This document shows positions 18,901 to 27,509 of a stretch of DNA of 39,005 bases, one piece after another. Each line of letters begins with the position of its first letter. Within the stretch, counting starts at the first letter, position 1. Both the position numbers and the translations under genes were made by a program. A model generated the notes under the pieces. It searched no databases. It was given only the letters and a program-made list of their open reading frames with translations, and was not told where the DNA came from. This DNA is from Candidatus Nomurabacteria bacterium (lineage in GTDB: Bacteria; Patescibacteriota; Minisyncoccia; Phycocordibacterales; UBA9973), in NCBI GenBank assembly GCA_009695015.1, contig SIBT01000001.1, positions 1-39,005 of the forward strand, read 5' to 3'.

Positions 18901-19447
18901 TCTGGTCATTTATTTTTTTGACCACATTCCATACAGATTCGATATAATCATTTTGATAAGTCACATACGGATGCTCTTGATCAGCCCAATAGCCCATTCG
19001 CTTGGTGAAATTTTTCCATAATTCAATGTACTCCCAGACGCTGTCTTTGCACAATTTATTAAAAGCTGCAATACCATAATTTTCAATATCTGTTTTTGAT
19101 TTAAACCCAAGCTTTTTTTCTATCTGTAATTCGACAGGTAACCCATGCGTATCCCAACCACCCTTCCTGCGCACATGATACCCTCGCATTGTTTTATAAC
19201 GAGGAATAACATCTTTAAAAGCAAAAGGTGCCATCGTATGTAAAACTGGTTTGGAGTTTGTTGTGACTGGACCATCATAAAAAACAAATTCCCCTTTGGG
19301 CGAATCTTTTTGTAAAGATTTTTCAAAAATTTTATTCTCTTTCCAGAATTGCAAAACAGTTTCCTCACGTTTTGCCATGTCGGAGCTACCAGCGGAGACT
19401 GGAAGTGCTACATCGAATTTTCTATTTTCTTCTTGGTTATTTCCCAT
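15920..19447 (-). CDS. ileS: Isoleucine--tRNA ligase (type 2) with inserted histidine-phosphatase domain
   Basis: GWDTHGLPVE, WTTTPWTLP, DGTGIVH, DWAISRERYWGTP, DQTRGWFY, KMSKS. Insert carries RHG..SP..R..ET..E..FG..PGGES..SHG. Confidence 0.96.
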   Translation of the reverse strand: MGNNQEENRKFDVALPVSAGSSDMAKREETVLQFWKENKIFEKSLQKDSPKGEFVFYDGPVTTNSKPVLHTMAPFAFKDVIPRYKTMRGYHVRRKGGWDTHGLPVELQIEKKLGFKSKTDIENYGIAAFNKLCKDSVWEYIELWKNFTKRMGYWADQEHPYVTYQNDYIESVWNVVKKINDQNLLYKDYKVVPWCPRCGTTLSSHELAQGYEDVKDLSVYVKFPIVGFLKAYFLAWTTTPWTLPGNVALAVGKDIDYVEIKIGEEIFVLAKERLSIISEPYEIIAEHKGKDMVGMEYEPLYLFITNLVSDGEKEKLNKAYKIYEADFVNTTDGTGIVHTAVMYGQDDFELGTKVGLPKHHLVNLEGKFVNGTEFLEGRFVKEVDINGKPTLAVDIIEDLKKRNLFFKQENYKHSYPHCWRCHTALIYYARDSWYIKMSDPKIKEKLISENKEINWEPIHIRDGRFGEWLREIKDWAISRERYWGTPLPVWQCVSCKKVEVLGSIADLKDKTKKSGNKYFVMRHGEAENNAKNIYSSNQKINHLTDKGKAEVLKTCQELKNKKITKIYCSPFLRTRETAEIFTEQNNFPKDQIIYDDRIRELEFGDFSDRPVAEYWDFMKDKTWEFDKKIPGGESFQDGKNRIGDFLHDIDQKYQDETILIISHGLSVELIPAIIENANQKRSLEIFHSQMKNKTASLHIEHEFIPLPHNENYELDLHRPYIDKITLRCHCGGDLIRTKEVMDVWFDSGAMPFAQDHYPFNSREILYPADFICEAIDQTRGWFYTLHAVGILMGRGLSYKNVICLGHLLDANGKKMSKSIGNVVDPWIMMEKYGVDTLRLWMYSVNQPGESKNFDEKTVALLASQVFGLLYNVLAFYELYRDKNLEKNIPAKSKNILDQWILARLDELVKLSTENLDNYKLLEPVRGVRDFIGDLSTWYLRRSRDRIKGGDKDARQTLYFVLKTLAKITAPFAPFTAEDIWLKLKYEDDAESVHLVEWPSVSKGILDVFSRVGDKVLTNMQTVRKIVTLGLEARQKAGVKVRQPLASLKSKIESRKLSSEYLDLIEEELNVKKIIFDNSISNEVELDTNITEELKQEGDFRELVRALQEMRKKMRLLPSDTISLSIKINEVGENLINKFKDSFLKIIGGRDIKFIENDGEEIKIDDLVFKVKIDKI

Positions 19448-19449
19448 AT

Positions 19450-19499
19450 AAAAAACTCGTCTTCATAAAACAGGTTTCTGTTTTACAAGGACGAGTTTT
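19450..19499 (-). terminator. Intrinsic terminator of the T-box leader
   Basis: AAAACTCGTCCTTGTAAAACAG-aaac-CTGTTTTATGAAGACGAG followed by T6, ending 2 nt before the ileS ATG. Confidence 0.8.
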
Positions 19500-19630
19500 C
19501 CGCTCGTGGTACCACCTCGTTTTTTACCCGCCTCTGACGGGATTTCTCATTACAGCTATAACGGGCCTACCCGTCGGGTTCTACTTTAATTTCCTCCCGA
19601 AGCTTAGAGGTGATAACCTCTTCAACGCTT
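19450..19630 (-). ncRNA. T-box riboswitch (Ile, ultrashort Stem I)
   Basis: Stem I GCGTTGA-AGAGG-TT-ATC-A-CCTCT-AAGC (19628-19602) with Ile specifier ATC (19614-19612); Stem II with AGTA/GAA S-turn; Stem IIA/B CGGGTAGGCCCGTTATAGCT; Stem III CCCGTC-AGA-GGCGGG; T-box GGTGGTACCACG (19516-19505) pairing with CTCGTCC. Confidence 0.93.
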
Positions 19631-19638
19631 ATATGCAA

Positions 19639-19647
19639 AGTATAACA
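19639..19647 (-). promoter_or_regulatory. Extended -10 promoter of the ileS leader
   Basis: TG-T-TATACT about 10 nt upstream of Stem I. Confidence 0.65.
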
Positions 19648-19674
19648 TATAGTATTTAAAAATTACAAACTCAT

Positions 19675-19710
19675 AAAAAAACAGCGGACCAAATGAATGG
19701 GCCACTGTTT
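19675..19710 (-). terminator. Intrinsic terminator after the 126-aa ORF
   Basis: AAACAGTGGCCCA-ttcatt-TGGTCCGCTG-TTTTTTT on the minus strand. Confidence 0.65.
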
Positions 19711-19727
19711 GCGTTTTGAGGATTTTC

Positions 19728-20108
19728 TCAGATTGTGAATACTGGATCGTGTTTCAATTTCTGAATGATCCAGTTAAAAAAATAATTCAAGGCAATTGTA
19801 ATTGCCTGGCTCATTCTGACGAGCAGTAGAAATTTATCTTTTTCTACCGTTTCAGGTGCCATCTTTTCCATTGGCATCTCTAACGCCAGATGAACCAAAA
19901 CATAGAAAGACCTTTCTGGTTTGAAAATGTCAATGTCCATCGTTAGCTTCTCCAAAAAACCTCTGTAAAATTTCTTGGCGTGGACAATATGGTCACGCGC
20001 GTGACCATAAATTACACACAAATCTTCTTGAGAAAGACTAGTGCCTTGTTTCAGAAAAGATGCTACAGCCACAAGAGTAGGACAATCCGATCCTCTTACT
20101 AAATTCAT
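19728..20108 (-). CDS. Hypothetical protein
   Basis: 126-aa ORF filling an intergenic gap and followed by a terminator; no recognisable motif. Confidence 0.6.
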   Translation of the reverse strand: MNLVRGSDCPTLVAVASFLKQGTSLSQEDLCVIYGHARDHIVHAKKFYRGFLEKLTMDIDIFKPERSFYVLVHLALEMPMEKMAPETVEKDKFLLLVRMSQAITIALNYFFNWIIQKLKHDPVFTI

Positions 20109-20276
20109 AAGTTAAAAGAACTAAATGATTGGTTATGGTCGAACGAACAGCCAACACTGTAATATATTTACAGATTAAATACAAGTTTTACGTAATATCC
20201 CGAATTCTAGCTTCAAGATTCCTAATTCTTTTATTTCTCTCTTTCTTCTTTTATTTTTTAAGTGAGCTTTATTTTT

Positions 20277-21677
20277 TCATGAGGTCTTGGATTTTAGTTC
20301 CTTCTTCCCCCCGCATGCAACCACAAAATTATCATGCATTTTTTTAATTTCACTTTCGGAAAGTTTCCCGAAAACATTGACCGCCTCATCTGACTTATTT
20401 TTAAAATCAAAATCTTTTTTTAAAATTTCCGGATGCACTTTGAGCGCATGATTATTTATTCCGAGAAGATACAGCCCAGAGAGCCTTCGCACTCGCGACA
20501 GTGCAACATACCCCTGTCCAAATTCAAAAACTTGTGATAAATCCATAACCGCCGCGTCCATGCTCATACCTTGGCTTTTATGCACTGTGATAGCCCAAGC
20601 TAGTCGAAGCGGGATCTGCGTGATCTGCGCACGAATTTTACCATTCTCTTCCACCGTCCAATCCATCGGCGCCACAACAATGCTGCATCCCCCTTTAGTT
20701 TTAATGATTGGGTACCCACTAAATTCTTCAAAACTGATGACTGTACCGAGAGTGCCATTCACAAATCTTTCTTTTGGATTATTTTTAGTGCACATCACGA
20801 CAGCGCCGATTTTGAGCTCTAAATTCTCCGGTGACAAACATCCTTTCTTGAGCGTCTCCATTGTCTTATCATTGCCACTTCCCGACATTCTGAATAATTT
20901 TATTTCTTCATTAATTTTTGCAAGCTCTGTATTGTTTACTCGATCCACATCCACGTTGTGGGAATAAAGTTTTGTAATATTCGCCGGCATCTTCCCCGCA
21001 TCAATTTTTCGAGCATTTATATGACCCATATGAATTTGCGAAAAATTATTAGTGCGTATTCCAGAGAGCACCGAAAGAAAATTAATATCATCTTGGCGGT
21101 GTTGTTCAGAAAGATAACAAACTATTAGCCGTGCGCGTTCCCAGGCTCCTCCACTATAAGCAAAAGTCCCCATAGGTCGAACCTCTCGAGTAAAAGAACT
21201 TTGTTTTTCTCTTTGTTTTTCTTCCGCATAATCTCTTTTTACAATCGGTGGCAATTGGAAAAAATCCCCAACTAGAATAATTTGTATTCCACCAAAAGGC
21301 GCACTGTTTTGTTTTATTTCCCGACAAACCATGTCCACCATATCAAGCGTATTCTCCGAGAGCATCGATATCTCATCAATAATAAGTACTCGTGTGCGAT
21401 TGATACGTTTAGAAATATATTCACTGCTCGTAATTTTATCTAATTCATATTTATCTAATTTTGTTTTAATGCCAATACCGCTCCAAGAATGAATCGTCAT
21501 CCCACCGATGTGTGTCGCCGCAATGCCCGTCGAAGCTGTGATGGCCGGCTCGACACCAGAAGCGCGTAAATAACTTACAAAATTATTTATTGTATGCGTC
21601 TTTCCAGCACCCGGCTCGCCAGTCAAAAAAACATTTGCGCCAGTTTTTAAAATATCTAAAGCTTCACTTTGAGTCAT
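20277..21677 (-). CDS. PIF1-family (SF1B) DNA helicase
   Basis: FLTGEPGAGKT, TASTGIAA, TIHSWSGIG, IDEISM, GDFFQLPP, WAITVHKSQG, GQGYVALSR. Confidence 0.95.
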   Translation of the reverse strand: MTQSEALDILKTGANVFLTGEPGAGKTHTINNFVSYLRASGVEPAITASTGIAATHIGGMTIHSWSGIGIKTKLDKYELDKITSSEYISKRINRTRVLIIDEISMLSENTLDMVDMVCREIKQNSAPFGGIQIILVGDFFQLPPIVKRDYAEEKQREKQSSFTREVRPMGTFAYSGGAWERARLIVCYLSEQHRQDDINFLSVLSGIRTNNFSQIHMGHINARKIDAGKMPANITKLYSHNVDVDRVNNTELAKINEEIKLFRMSGSGNDKTMETLKKGCLSPENLELKIGAVVMCTKNNPKERFVNGTLGTVISFEEFSGYPIIKTKGGCSIVVAPMDWTVEENGKIRAQITQIPLRLAWAITVHKSQGMSMDAAVMDLSQVFEFGQGYVALSRVRRLSGLYLLGINNHALKVHPEILKKDFDFKNKSDEAVNVFGKLSESEIKKMHDNFVVACGGKKELKSKTS

Positions 21678-21692
21678 CGCTCAAGTATTCTA

Positions 21693-23438
21693 CTACATTT
21701 TCTTCGGTGCAACGATACCGAGCAGGTGCAAGCCAGTCTTTATTACGAAAGTAACAGCATACGTCAGAGCCACTTTGTATCCGGAAGTTTTGTCTTCTTT
21801 ACTCACAATCAAATTATTACCGTAAAAGCTATTGAAGGCGCGGGCAACTTCGATCAAATAATTTGCAATATAATGTGGTTCGTATTCTTTGGAAGCTCGC
21901 AAAACAACTTCTCCAAATTTGTACAACAATTTCTCTACTTCAAAAATCTCAACTCCAAATGCATGCGGATCCGGTAAAATATTTTCTTTTTGCGCTTTTT
22001 CTAAAATAGAATTCGCGCGAGCATGCGAGTATTGTAGATATGGACCAGAATCTCCTTCAAAAGAAATAGATCTTTCAAAATCATAAACGATATCTCCGCC
22101 AGTTGATTGTTTTAGGATAGAATATTTTATTGCCGAGACAGCAACATCATCAGAAATCTTTTCCCTTTCTTCATTTCCAAATTCCCGGTCCGTCATCTTT
22201 TCTAAAACCAAATCACGAACGTCACTCAAAAGAGATTCACCTGTGATCACATTTTCTTTTCTCGAGCTCATCTTGCCACCCACGAAGCGCATCATGCCGT
22301 GCGTGATATGAAACATTTTCTTCTCATGTTCGGGATTAATCAGAGAGATAGCTTTAGCAACTACCTTCATATAATCCATCTGTTCGTTGGCAGTGACAAT
22401 GATAGATAAATTGAGACCCGGCTTTGTTTTAAATTTCTCTTCGGTGAGCCCGAGCTCCTTGGTCTCATAAGTAGATAAACCTTTGGATGTGATAAATACT
22501 CTAGTATGAAGTTTGGGATCGTATTTTTCAGCCTTGAAAACAATTGCATTATCAGATTCTTCAAAAATCATCTTGCTATGTGGAGCATCAATAACTTTAT
22601 CTAAATTATCTTTCACGATTCTCTCTCCAATCGGCGCCATCTGACTTTCTAAGAAATAAAAATCAAACTTTGTGCCGAGAATTTTATACAAATCCTCAAA
22701 AGCTTCCATCGTCGTCTTGAATCCCCAATCATATATTTCATTTATTTTTTTATCACTCTTGTCGTATATTTTCTTATTTATTTCATCTATTTCTATCTTA
22801 GCCTCCGAATTATTCTCGCATGCTTCTGACCCTTTCGCATAAGCTCTGCCAATATTTGCAGCTTGAAGCGTGCGCGTCCATTTTTTGTCTTGCAATTTAT
22901 CATTTTTCAAAAGTCCATAAATAGCCTTTGCCACATGCAATCCCACATCTCCCTGATAATTAACCCGAGATACTTCTGCGCCCGAGTGCGCCAAAATCCT
23001 CGCCACTGACTCCCCGATCGCATTCGTCATCAAATGCCCTATATGAAAAGGTTTGAAAGGATTGGGATCAGTGTACTCGATCATTATTTTTTTACCAGTA
23101 AGGACATCATTTTTCCCTATATTGTATCCTTGATTCAAAATTTCTTCCACACTTCGAGCAAAAAATTTGCGCGATAAATAAAAGTTTATAAACCCCGCGC
23201 CAGCAACTTGAATTTCCTGTATTTCAGGAAATTCACCGACAGTTTGTCGAAGAGTCGCAACAATCTTTTCAGCCAATTCTTTCGGGTTACTCTTCACATC
23301 CTTGGCGATAACTAAAGCAATGTTTGTAGAATAATCCCCCATCTTCAAATCTGCGGGATGTTCGAGAGCAATATCAGCAACTTCTATATCCAAATTTTTT
23401 AGAGCATCTTTTATTAAATTTTTTATTTTGTCTCCCAT
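21693..23438 (-). CDS. argS: Arginine--tRNA ligase
   Basis: GDYSTN, GAGFINF, PNPFKPFHIGH, KMSSR, GDSGPYLQY. Start set at ATG 23438. Confidence 0.97.
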   Translation of the reverse strand: MGDKIKNLIKDALKNLDIEVADIALEHPADLKMGDYSTNIALVIAKDVKSNPKELAEKIVATLRQTVGEFPEIQEIQVAGAGFINFYLSRKFFARSVEEILNQGYNIGKNDVLTGKKIMIEYTDPNPFKPFHIGHLMTNAIGESVARILAHSGAEVSRVNYQGDVGLHVAKAIYGLLKNDKLQDKKWTRTLQAANIGRAYAKGSEACENNSEAKIEIDEINKKIYDKSDKKINEIYDWGFKTTMEAFEDLYKILGTKFDFYFLESQMAPIGERIVKDNLDKVIDAPHSKMIFEESDNAIVFKAEKYDPKLHTRVFITSKGLSTYETKELGLTEEKFKTKPGLNLSIIVTANEQMDYMKVVAKAISLINPEHEKKMFHITHGMMRFVGGKMSSRKENVITGESLLSDVRDLVLEKMTDREFGNEEREKISDDVAVSAIKYSILKQSTGGDIVYDFERSISFEGDSGPYLQYSHARANSILEKAQKENILPDPHAFGVEIFEVEKLLYKFGEVVLRASKEYEPHYIANYLIEVARAFNSFYGNNLIVSKEDKTSGYKVALTYAVTFVIKTGLHLLGIVAPKKM

Positions 23439-23465
23439 TTTTTTATAATACATAACACCTAGAGC

Positions 23466-23888
23466 CTATTTCTTCCCTGTACTTCCAAACCTATCCTCAC
23501 CACGAACTGACTCACTTAGTGTATCAGTTTCTTCGAGTTTTGCTATAGTTACCGGTAAGATAACAAGTTGAGCAATTTTATCCCCCTCTTCAAAAGTATA
23601 CGGCTTATCAGATAAATTTACTAAATGTGTATTGTATTCACCTCGATATCCCGCATCAAACACTCCGCCCATGTGAGCAAGTCCAGCTTTCGAAATACTT
23701 CCTTTATCCATCACGATTGCACCGTATCCTTCAGGAATTTCTAGAGCAAACCCGTGCCAAAAACGATAATGTTCGCCTGGTTTTATTGTAGCCGTCTCCA
23801 TCGCATACATATCCATTCCTACATCCCCCGGATGAGCATAGCTTGGCAATTTTGCCCCCTCTTTTAGTTTTTTAATTTTGATTTTCAT
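23466..23888 (-). CDS. dut: dUTP diphosphatase
   Basis: GMDM, GGVFDAGYRGE, GDKIAQL, RGE..FGSTG. Confidence 0.96.
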   Translation of the reverse strand: MKIKIKKLKEGAKLPSYAHPGDVGMDMYAMETATIKPGEHYRFWHGFALEIPEGYGAIVMDKGSISKAGLAHMGGVFDAGYRGEYNTHLVNLSDKPYTFEEGDKIAQLVILPVTIAKLEETDTLSESVRGEDRFGSTGKK

Positions 23889-23894
23889 TTTATT

Positions 23895-24593
23895 TCAAAA
23901 ATTTTTTATCTTTCTTATTAATTTTTTGTAAATTTCTTCATGGATATCAAGAAAGGTTCTAAGTTCTTTATTTTTCATGCATTCTATCTTTAACCAATTT
24001 TTTTGAGTTTTCGCTAGCCATAATGCGCTTTGGATAGAATTTTTTAAGAAATTTTTATCTTTCTCGTGAACATCTTTCTTGTTGCCCAAATACGCGCGAG
24101 CGCCTTTATAATTTCGATCTTTGATTAATTTTAAAACTATATCGAGCGGCAAAGATAAATATACAGTCAAATCCGGCGCTGGAATTTTGAAAACTTTGTA
24201 TTCCATCTCCGAAAGCCACTCTAAAAACGCTTCACGTTTTTTTACATTATAAATTTTCCCTCCTTGATGAATTTGATTTGAAGAAATATAACGATCCATC
24301 ACCACGATGTATCCTTTTTTAAGCCAGTTTTCTATCTTTTTTTTAGATTCCCATCTGTCAGCCGCGTATAGGACAGAAGCGATTTTTGGGTGAATATTTA
24401 CCCACTTATAATATTGTTCGGAAAGACAATGCGCAATAAATTTTCCAAAAAAATTATCTTCGTAGCGTGGAAAATGAATAAAACGTACTTTTCGTCCATC
24501 TTTGCGAAAATGCTTCATGAGCAAGTTTGCTTGGGTAGTCTTCCCACTCCCATCTGTGCCGTCTATTACAATCAGTTTGCCCCTTTTAGACAT
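23895..24593 (-). CDS. tmk: Thymidylate kinase
   Basis: IDGTDGSGKTTQ, ADR, DRY..SN..HQ, PDL. Confidence 0.93.
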   Translation of the reverse strand: MSKRGKLIVIDGTDGSGKTTQANLLMKHFRKDGRKVRFIHFPRYEDNFFGKFIAHCLSEQYYKWVNIHPKIASVLYAADRWESKKKIENWLKKGYIVVMDRYISSNQIHQGGKIYNVKKREAFLEWLSEMEYKVFKIPAPDLTVYLSLPLDIVLKLIKDRNYKGARAYLGNKKDVHEKDKNFLKNSIQSALWLAKTQKNWLKIECMKNKELRTFLDIHEEIYKKLIRKIKNF

Positions 24594-24651
24594 AGAAGAA
24601 CTATACCAAAAAGAAGCTTTAATTTAAAGCTGAATCACTTTTCTATACTTT

Positions 24652-25896
24652 CTACACAAACCTCTTTGGTATTGGAAACTTTTTTGCAAGAGCTTTTATT
24701 TCTTTATGCACTTTTTCTTTTAATTTTTTATCGTCTTTATTTTTCAAAACTTGGATCATAAGCTCGGCAACTTTTGCACATTCTTTCTCTTTAAAACCAC
24801 GCGTGGTAATAGCCGGCGTACCAAATCTGATACCGGACGGATCAAGAGGCTTCCTCGTATCCCCAGCGATAGCATTCATATTGAGCGTCATACCCACTTC
24901 ATCGAGAACAGTCTGCGCTTCTTTGCCAGTCACCCCCAAAGAACCAAAAACATCAGCTAGAATGAGATGATTGTCTGTACCTCCGCCGATCATACGAATT
25001 TTATTCTTCTTAAATACTTCCGCCATCGCTTTGGCATTTTTTAGAACTTGCTTGGCGTATTGTTTAAACTTTGGCGTCATGGCTTCTCCGAAAGCTACAG
25101 CCTTCGCTGCAATAATATGCATATGTGGACCACCCTGGATTCCGGGGAAAATAGATTTATCAATTTTTTTCGCTATTTCTTCGTTCTCTCTAGTGAGAAT
25201 AATTCCTCCACGCGGACCACGGAGAGTTTTGTGTGTCGTAGAAGTGATAATATCAAAACCATCATCAAAAGGATTGCGAAGCGCACCAGCAGCAATGAGT
25301 CCAGCAATGTGCGCCATGTCTGCCATCGTGATCGCCCCCACTTCACGTGCAATTTCTACAAATTTTTTATAATCCAATGTGCGTGAATAAGCCGAAAATC
25401 CAGCCAGAATAATTTTTGGCTTCTTTTCGATCGCAACCCGACGAAGTTCCTCGTAATCAATTTCACCGGTCTCTGGATTCTTCATCTTATAGGTGACGAA
25501 TTTATAGATCTTGGCAGGCAAAGTCATCGGATGCCCGTGGGTTAAATGTCCTCCGTGAGAAAGATCCATCCCGAGCACCGTATCTCCTGGCGCCAACAAG
25601 GCCGCATACACTGCAAGATTGGCTGGAGCACCAGAATGTGATTGCACATTAGCAAATTTACATTTAAATAATTTACAGACACGTTCAATAGCCAGACGTT
25701 CAATCGCATCCGTAAATTCCTGCCCACCATAATAACGTCGTCCCGGATACCCTTCTGAATATTTATTCGTAAAGACAGAACCGTTCGCCCTCAAAACATC
25801 TTCGGAAACATAATTTTCTGATGGAATAAGTTCTAAGCCCTCTCGTTGCCTCTTCTCTTCTCCTTTTATTAATTTTTCTACTAGTTTGTCTCGCAT
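24652..25896 (-). CDS. glyA: Serine hydroxymethyltransferase
   Basis: LIPSENY, NKYSEGYPGRRYYGG, GGHLTHG, TTHKTLRGPRGG. Confidence 0.98.
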   Translation of the reverse strand: MRDKLVEKLIKGEEKRQREGLELIPSENYVSEDVLRANGSVFTNKYSEGYPGRRYYGGQEFTDAIERLAIERVCKLFKCKFANVQSHSGAPANLAVYAALLAPGDTVLGMDLSHGGHLTHGHPMTLPAKIYKFVTYKMKNPETGEIDYEELRRVAIEKKPKIILAGFSAYSRTLDYKKFVEIAREVGAITMADMAHIAGLIAAGALRNPFDDGFDIITSTTHKTLRGPRGGIILTRENEEIAKKIDKSIFPGIQGGPHMHIIAAKAVAFGEAMTPKFKQYAKQVLKNAKAMAEVFKKNKIRMIGGGTDNHLILADVFGSLGVTGKEAQTVLDEVGMTLNMNAIAGDTRKPLDPSGIRFGTPAITTRGFKEKECAKVAELMIQVLKNKDDKKLKEKVHKEIKALAKKFPIPKRFV

Positions 25897-25907
25897 GAAT
25901 TTTAATT

Positions 25908-26001
25908 AAGTGAATAAAGAATTTTCTTTTTATAAGGTCCTCGATTCTTCGAGTCCTTATCCCGGCCAGACCATTCTAAAAAGCAAATTCTTTATTCACT
26001 T
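25908..26001. mobile_element. MITE-like element upstream of glyA
   Basis: 25-bp terminal inverted repeats with one mismatch (25908-25932 / 25977-26001) and an internal hairpin ATAAGG-tc-CTCGA-ttct-TCGAG-t-CCTTAT. Confidence 0.65.
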
Positions 26002-26009
26002 TACCACAA

Positions 26010-26879
26010 CTACTTCTGGAAAGAAAATTCTTCTTTCTCTCCATCAGATTTCATCATTATTGTGCCGAGCAGATCCGTTCTAAAAATCTTTATGCCAAAT
26101 GAAGTTAGTGTGTCTAGGGTGTTTTGATGCGGATGGCCATATTTATTATCTTTACCGTCAGAGATAAGCGCATAAGTGGGCGACACAGTTTTCACAAATT
26201 CGGTAGAGGTAGAAGTGCGTGAACCATGGTGCCCAACTTTTAAAATAGTGCTACGAAGTTGCGTGGAAGAATTTTCTTCTAAAATTATTTTTTCGGTCAC
26301 GGTCGTAGAATCTCCGGTGAGCATTATGGAAGTTTTACCATAAGAGAGCCTCGCCACAATTGATCCATCATTACTATCCCATAGTGAGACTTCTCGATCT
26401 GGGAATAAAATATCAATCCATGCCCCACCACCCAAATCTAATCGCATTCCTTTTTTTAATAAAATATCCGGAATATTTTTATTTTTTATTTCTGTTTTAA
26501 GATTTTGATAAGTTTTAGAATCATTAAACGTACCAGGTTCAAATACACTGTCTATTTTGTAAACTTTTAAAACGTCCTCGAATCCGCCTATGTGATCTTG
26601 ATCGGGATTCGTAATAATAATCGCATCTATGTGCCTATCAAATGGAGACATCACGCGCGCAAGTTGGCTTAAAATTTTTCGAGGCGGTCCCCCATCCACT
26701 AATACCTGCGTTCCGGTCGGAGACTCTACAAAAAGCGCATCACCTTGGCCAATATCAAACATAGTGAAAGTAAGTTCTTTGTGAGAACTCTGAAAATCAA
26801 GATAGAAAAGATAGATAGTAGAAACTAAAAGCAGAAAAGTGAAAAGGAATAGACCGTATTTCTTGCGATTTTGAAGCAT
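26010..26879 (-). CDS. ComEC-type metallo-beta-lactamase nuclease domain protein (stand-alone)
   Basis: N-terminal TM, DIGQGDA, DGG, TNPDQDHIGG, LTGD, LKVGHHGS, NKYGHPH. Confidence 0.93.
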   Translation of the reverse strand: MLQNRKKYGLFLFTFLLLVSTIYLFYLDFQSSHKELTFTMFDIGQGDALFVESPTGTQVLVDGGPPRKILSQLARVMSPFDRHIDAIIITNPDQDHIGGFEDVLKVYKIDSVFEPGTFNDSKTYQNLKTEIKNKNIPDILLKKGMRLDLGGGAWIDILFPDREVSLWDSNDGSIVARLSYGKTSIMLTGDSTTVTEKIILEENSSTQLRSTILKVGHHGSRTSTSTEFVKTVSPTYALISDGKDNKYGHPHQNTLDTLTSFGIKIFRTDLLGTIMMKSDGEKEEFSFQK

Positions 26880-26915
26880 GCTATAATGTTAGCATATTAA
26901 TAATTAAGGAATATT

Positions 26916-27509
26916 ATGAATAAATTTGAAGAAATAAAATTTAATATTGGAACATTAAAAGGAATCTCAGCGAAAAACATCGAAGAACATTTGAAACTCT
27001 ATGCAGGTTATGTGAAGCACTCTAATCTAGTACTAGAGAAGATTAACGAACTCGCTCAAGATGCTGAAAAAAATGCTTATGCATTGGGTGAAGTTCAGAG
27101 ACGATTCGGGTTTGAATACAATGGTATGAGGAATCACGAAGTTTATTTTGGATCCCTTTCCGGAGAGGCTAAAACTCCAACGAATGACAGTGAACTTAAA
27201 AAAGCAATCACGGCAGAATGGGGATCTTTTGAAATGTGGCTAAATCGCTTTAAATCTATCGCCCTTACTCGCGGTATTGGTTGGGTAATGCTTTACTATG
27301 ACCGAAAAGAAAAGCGTCTCCTTTTGACTTGGGTGGATGAACAACATTTTGGACAACTACAAGACTGCACTCTAGTCTTCGGACTAGATATGTGGGAACA
27401 TGCGTTTGTCTACGACTACCCTACTTCCGAAAAGAAAAAATACGTAGAAGCATTTTTTGAAAATCTAAATTGGGAAGTGATCGAAAATAATTTTAAAAAG
27501 GCTCAATAA
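26916..27509 (+). CDS. Fe/Mn superoxide dismutase family protein
   Basis: EH..LY.GYV, NHE.YF, DMWEHAF, NLNW; preceded by TGC-TATAAT and an AAGGA Shine-Dalgarno. Confidence 0.92.
   Translation: MNKFEEIKFNIGTLKGISAKNIEEHLKLYAGYVKHSNLVLEKINELAQDAEKNAYALGEVQRRFGFEYNGMRNHEVYFGSLSGEAKTPTNDSELKKAITAEWGSFEMWLNRFKSIALTRGIGWVMLYYDRKEKRLLLTWVDEQHFGQLQDCTLVFGLDMWEHAFVYDYPTSEKKKYVEAFFENLNWEVIENNFKKAQ

Noticed and set aside
19372..19659. 95-aa plus-strand ORF upstream of ileS
   Set aside because: Coincides with the T-box RNA on the opposite strand.
20129..20347. Frameshifted C-terminal extension of the Pif1 helicase, or the 72-aa plus-strand ORF
   Set aside because: Low-complexity A/T-rich sequence; alternative frames close quickly with no recognisable domain.
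21174..21184. Weak palindromes in the helicase (AGGT-cga-ACCT), ArgRS near 22574-22587, ComEC near 28627-28646 and the IleRS N-terminus
   Set aside because: Stems of 4-5 bp could be chance; they may be decayed members of the insertion family but are not supportable alone.
25897..26009. ZMP/ZTP or other known riboswitch before glyA
   Set aside because: Conserved ZTP motifs (GACUGGCG, CGCCUGGGC) are absent; the structure is a long AT-rich inverted repeat.
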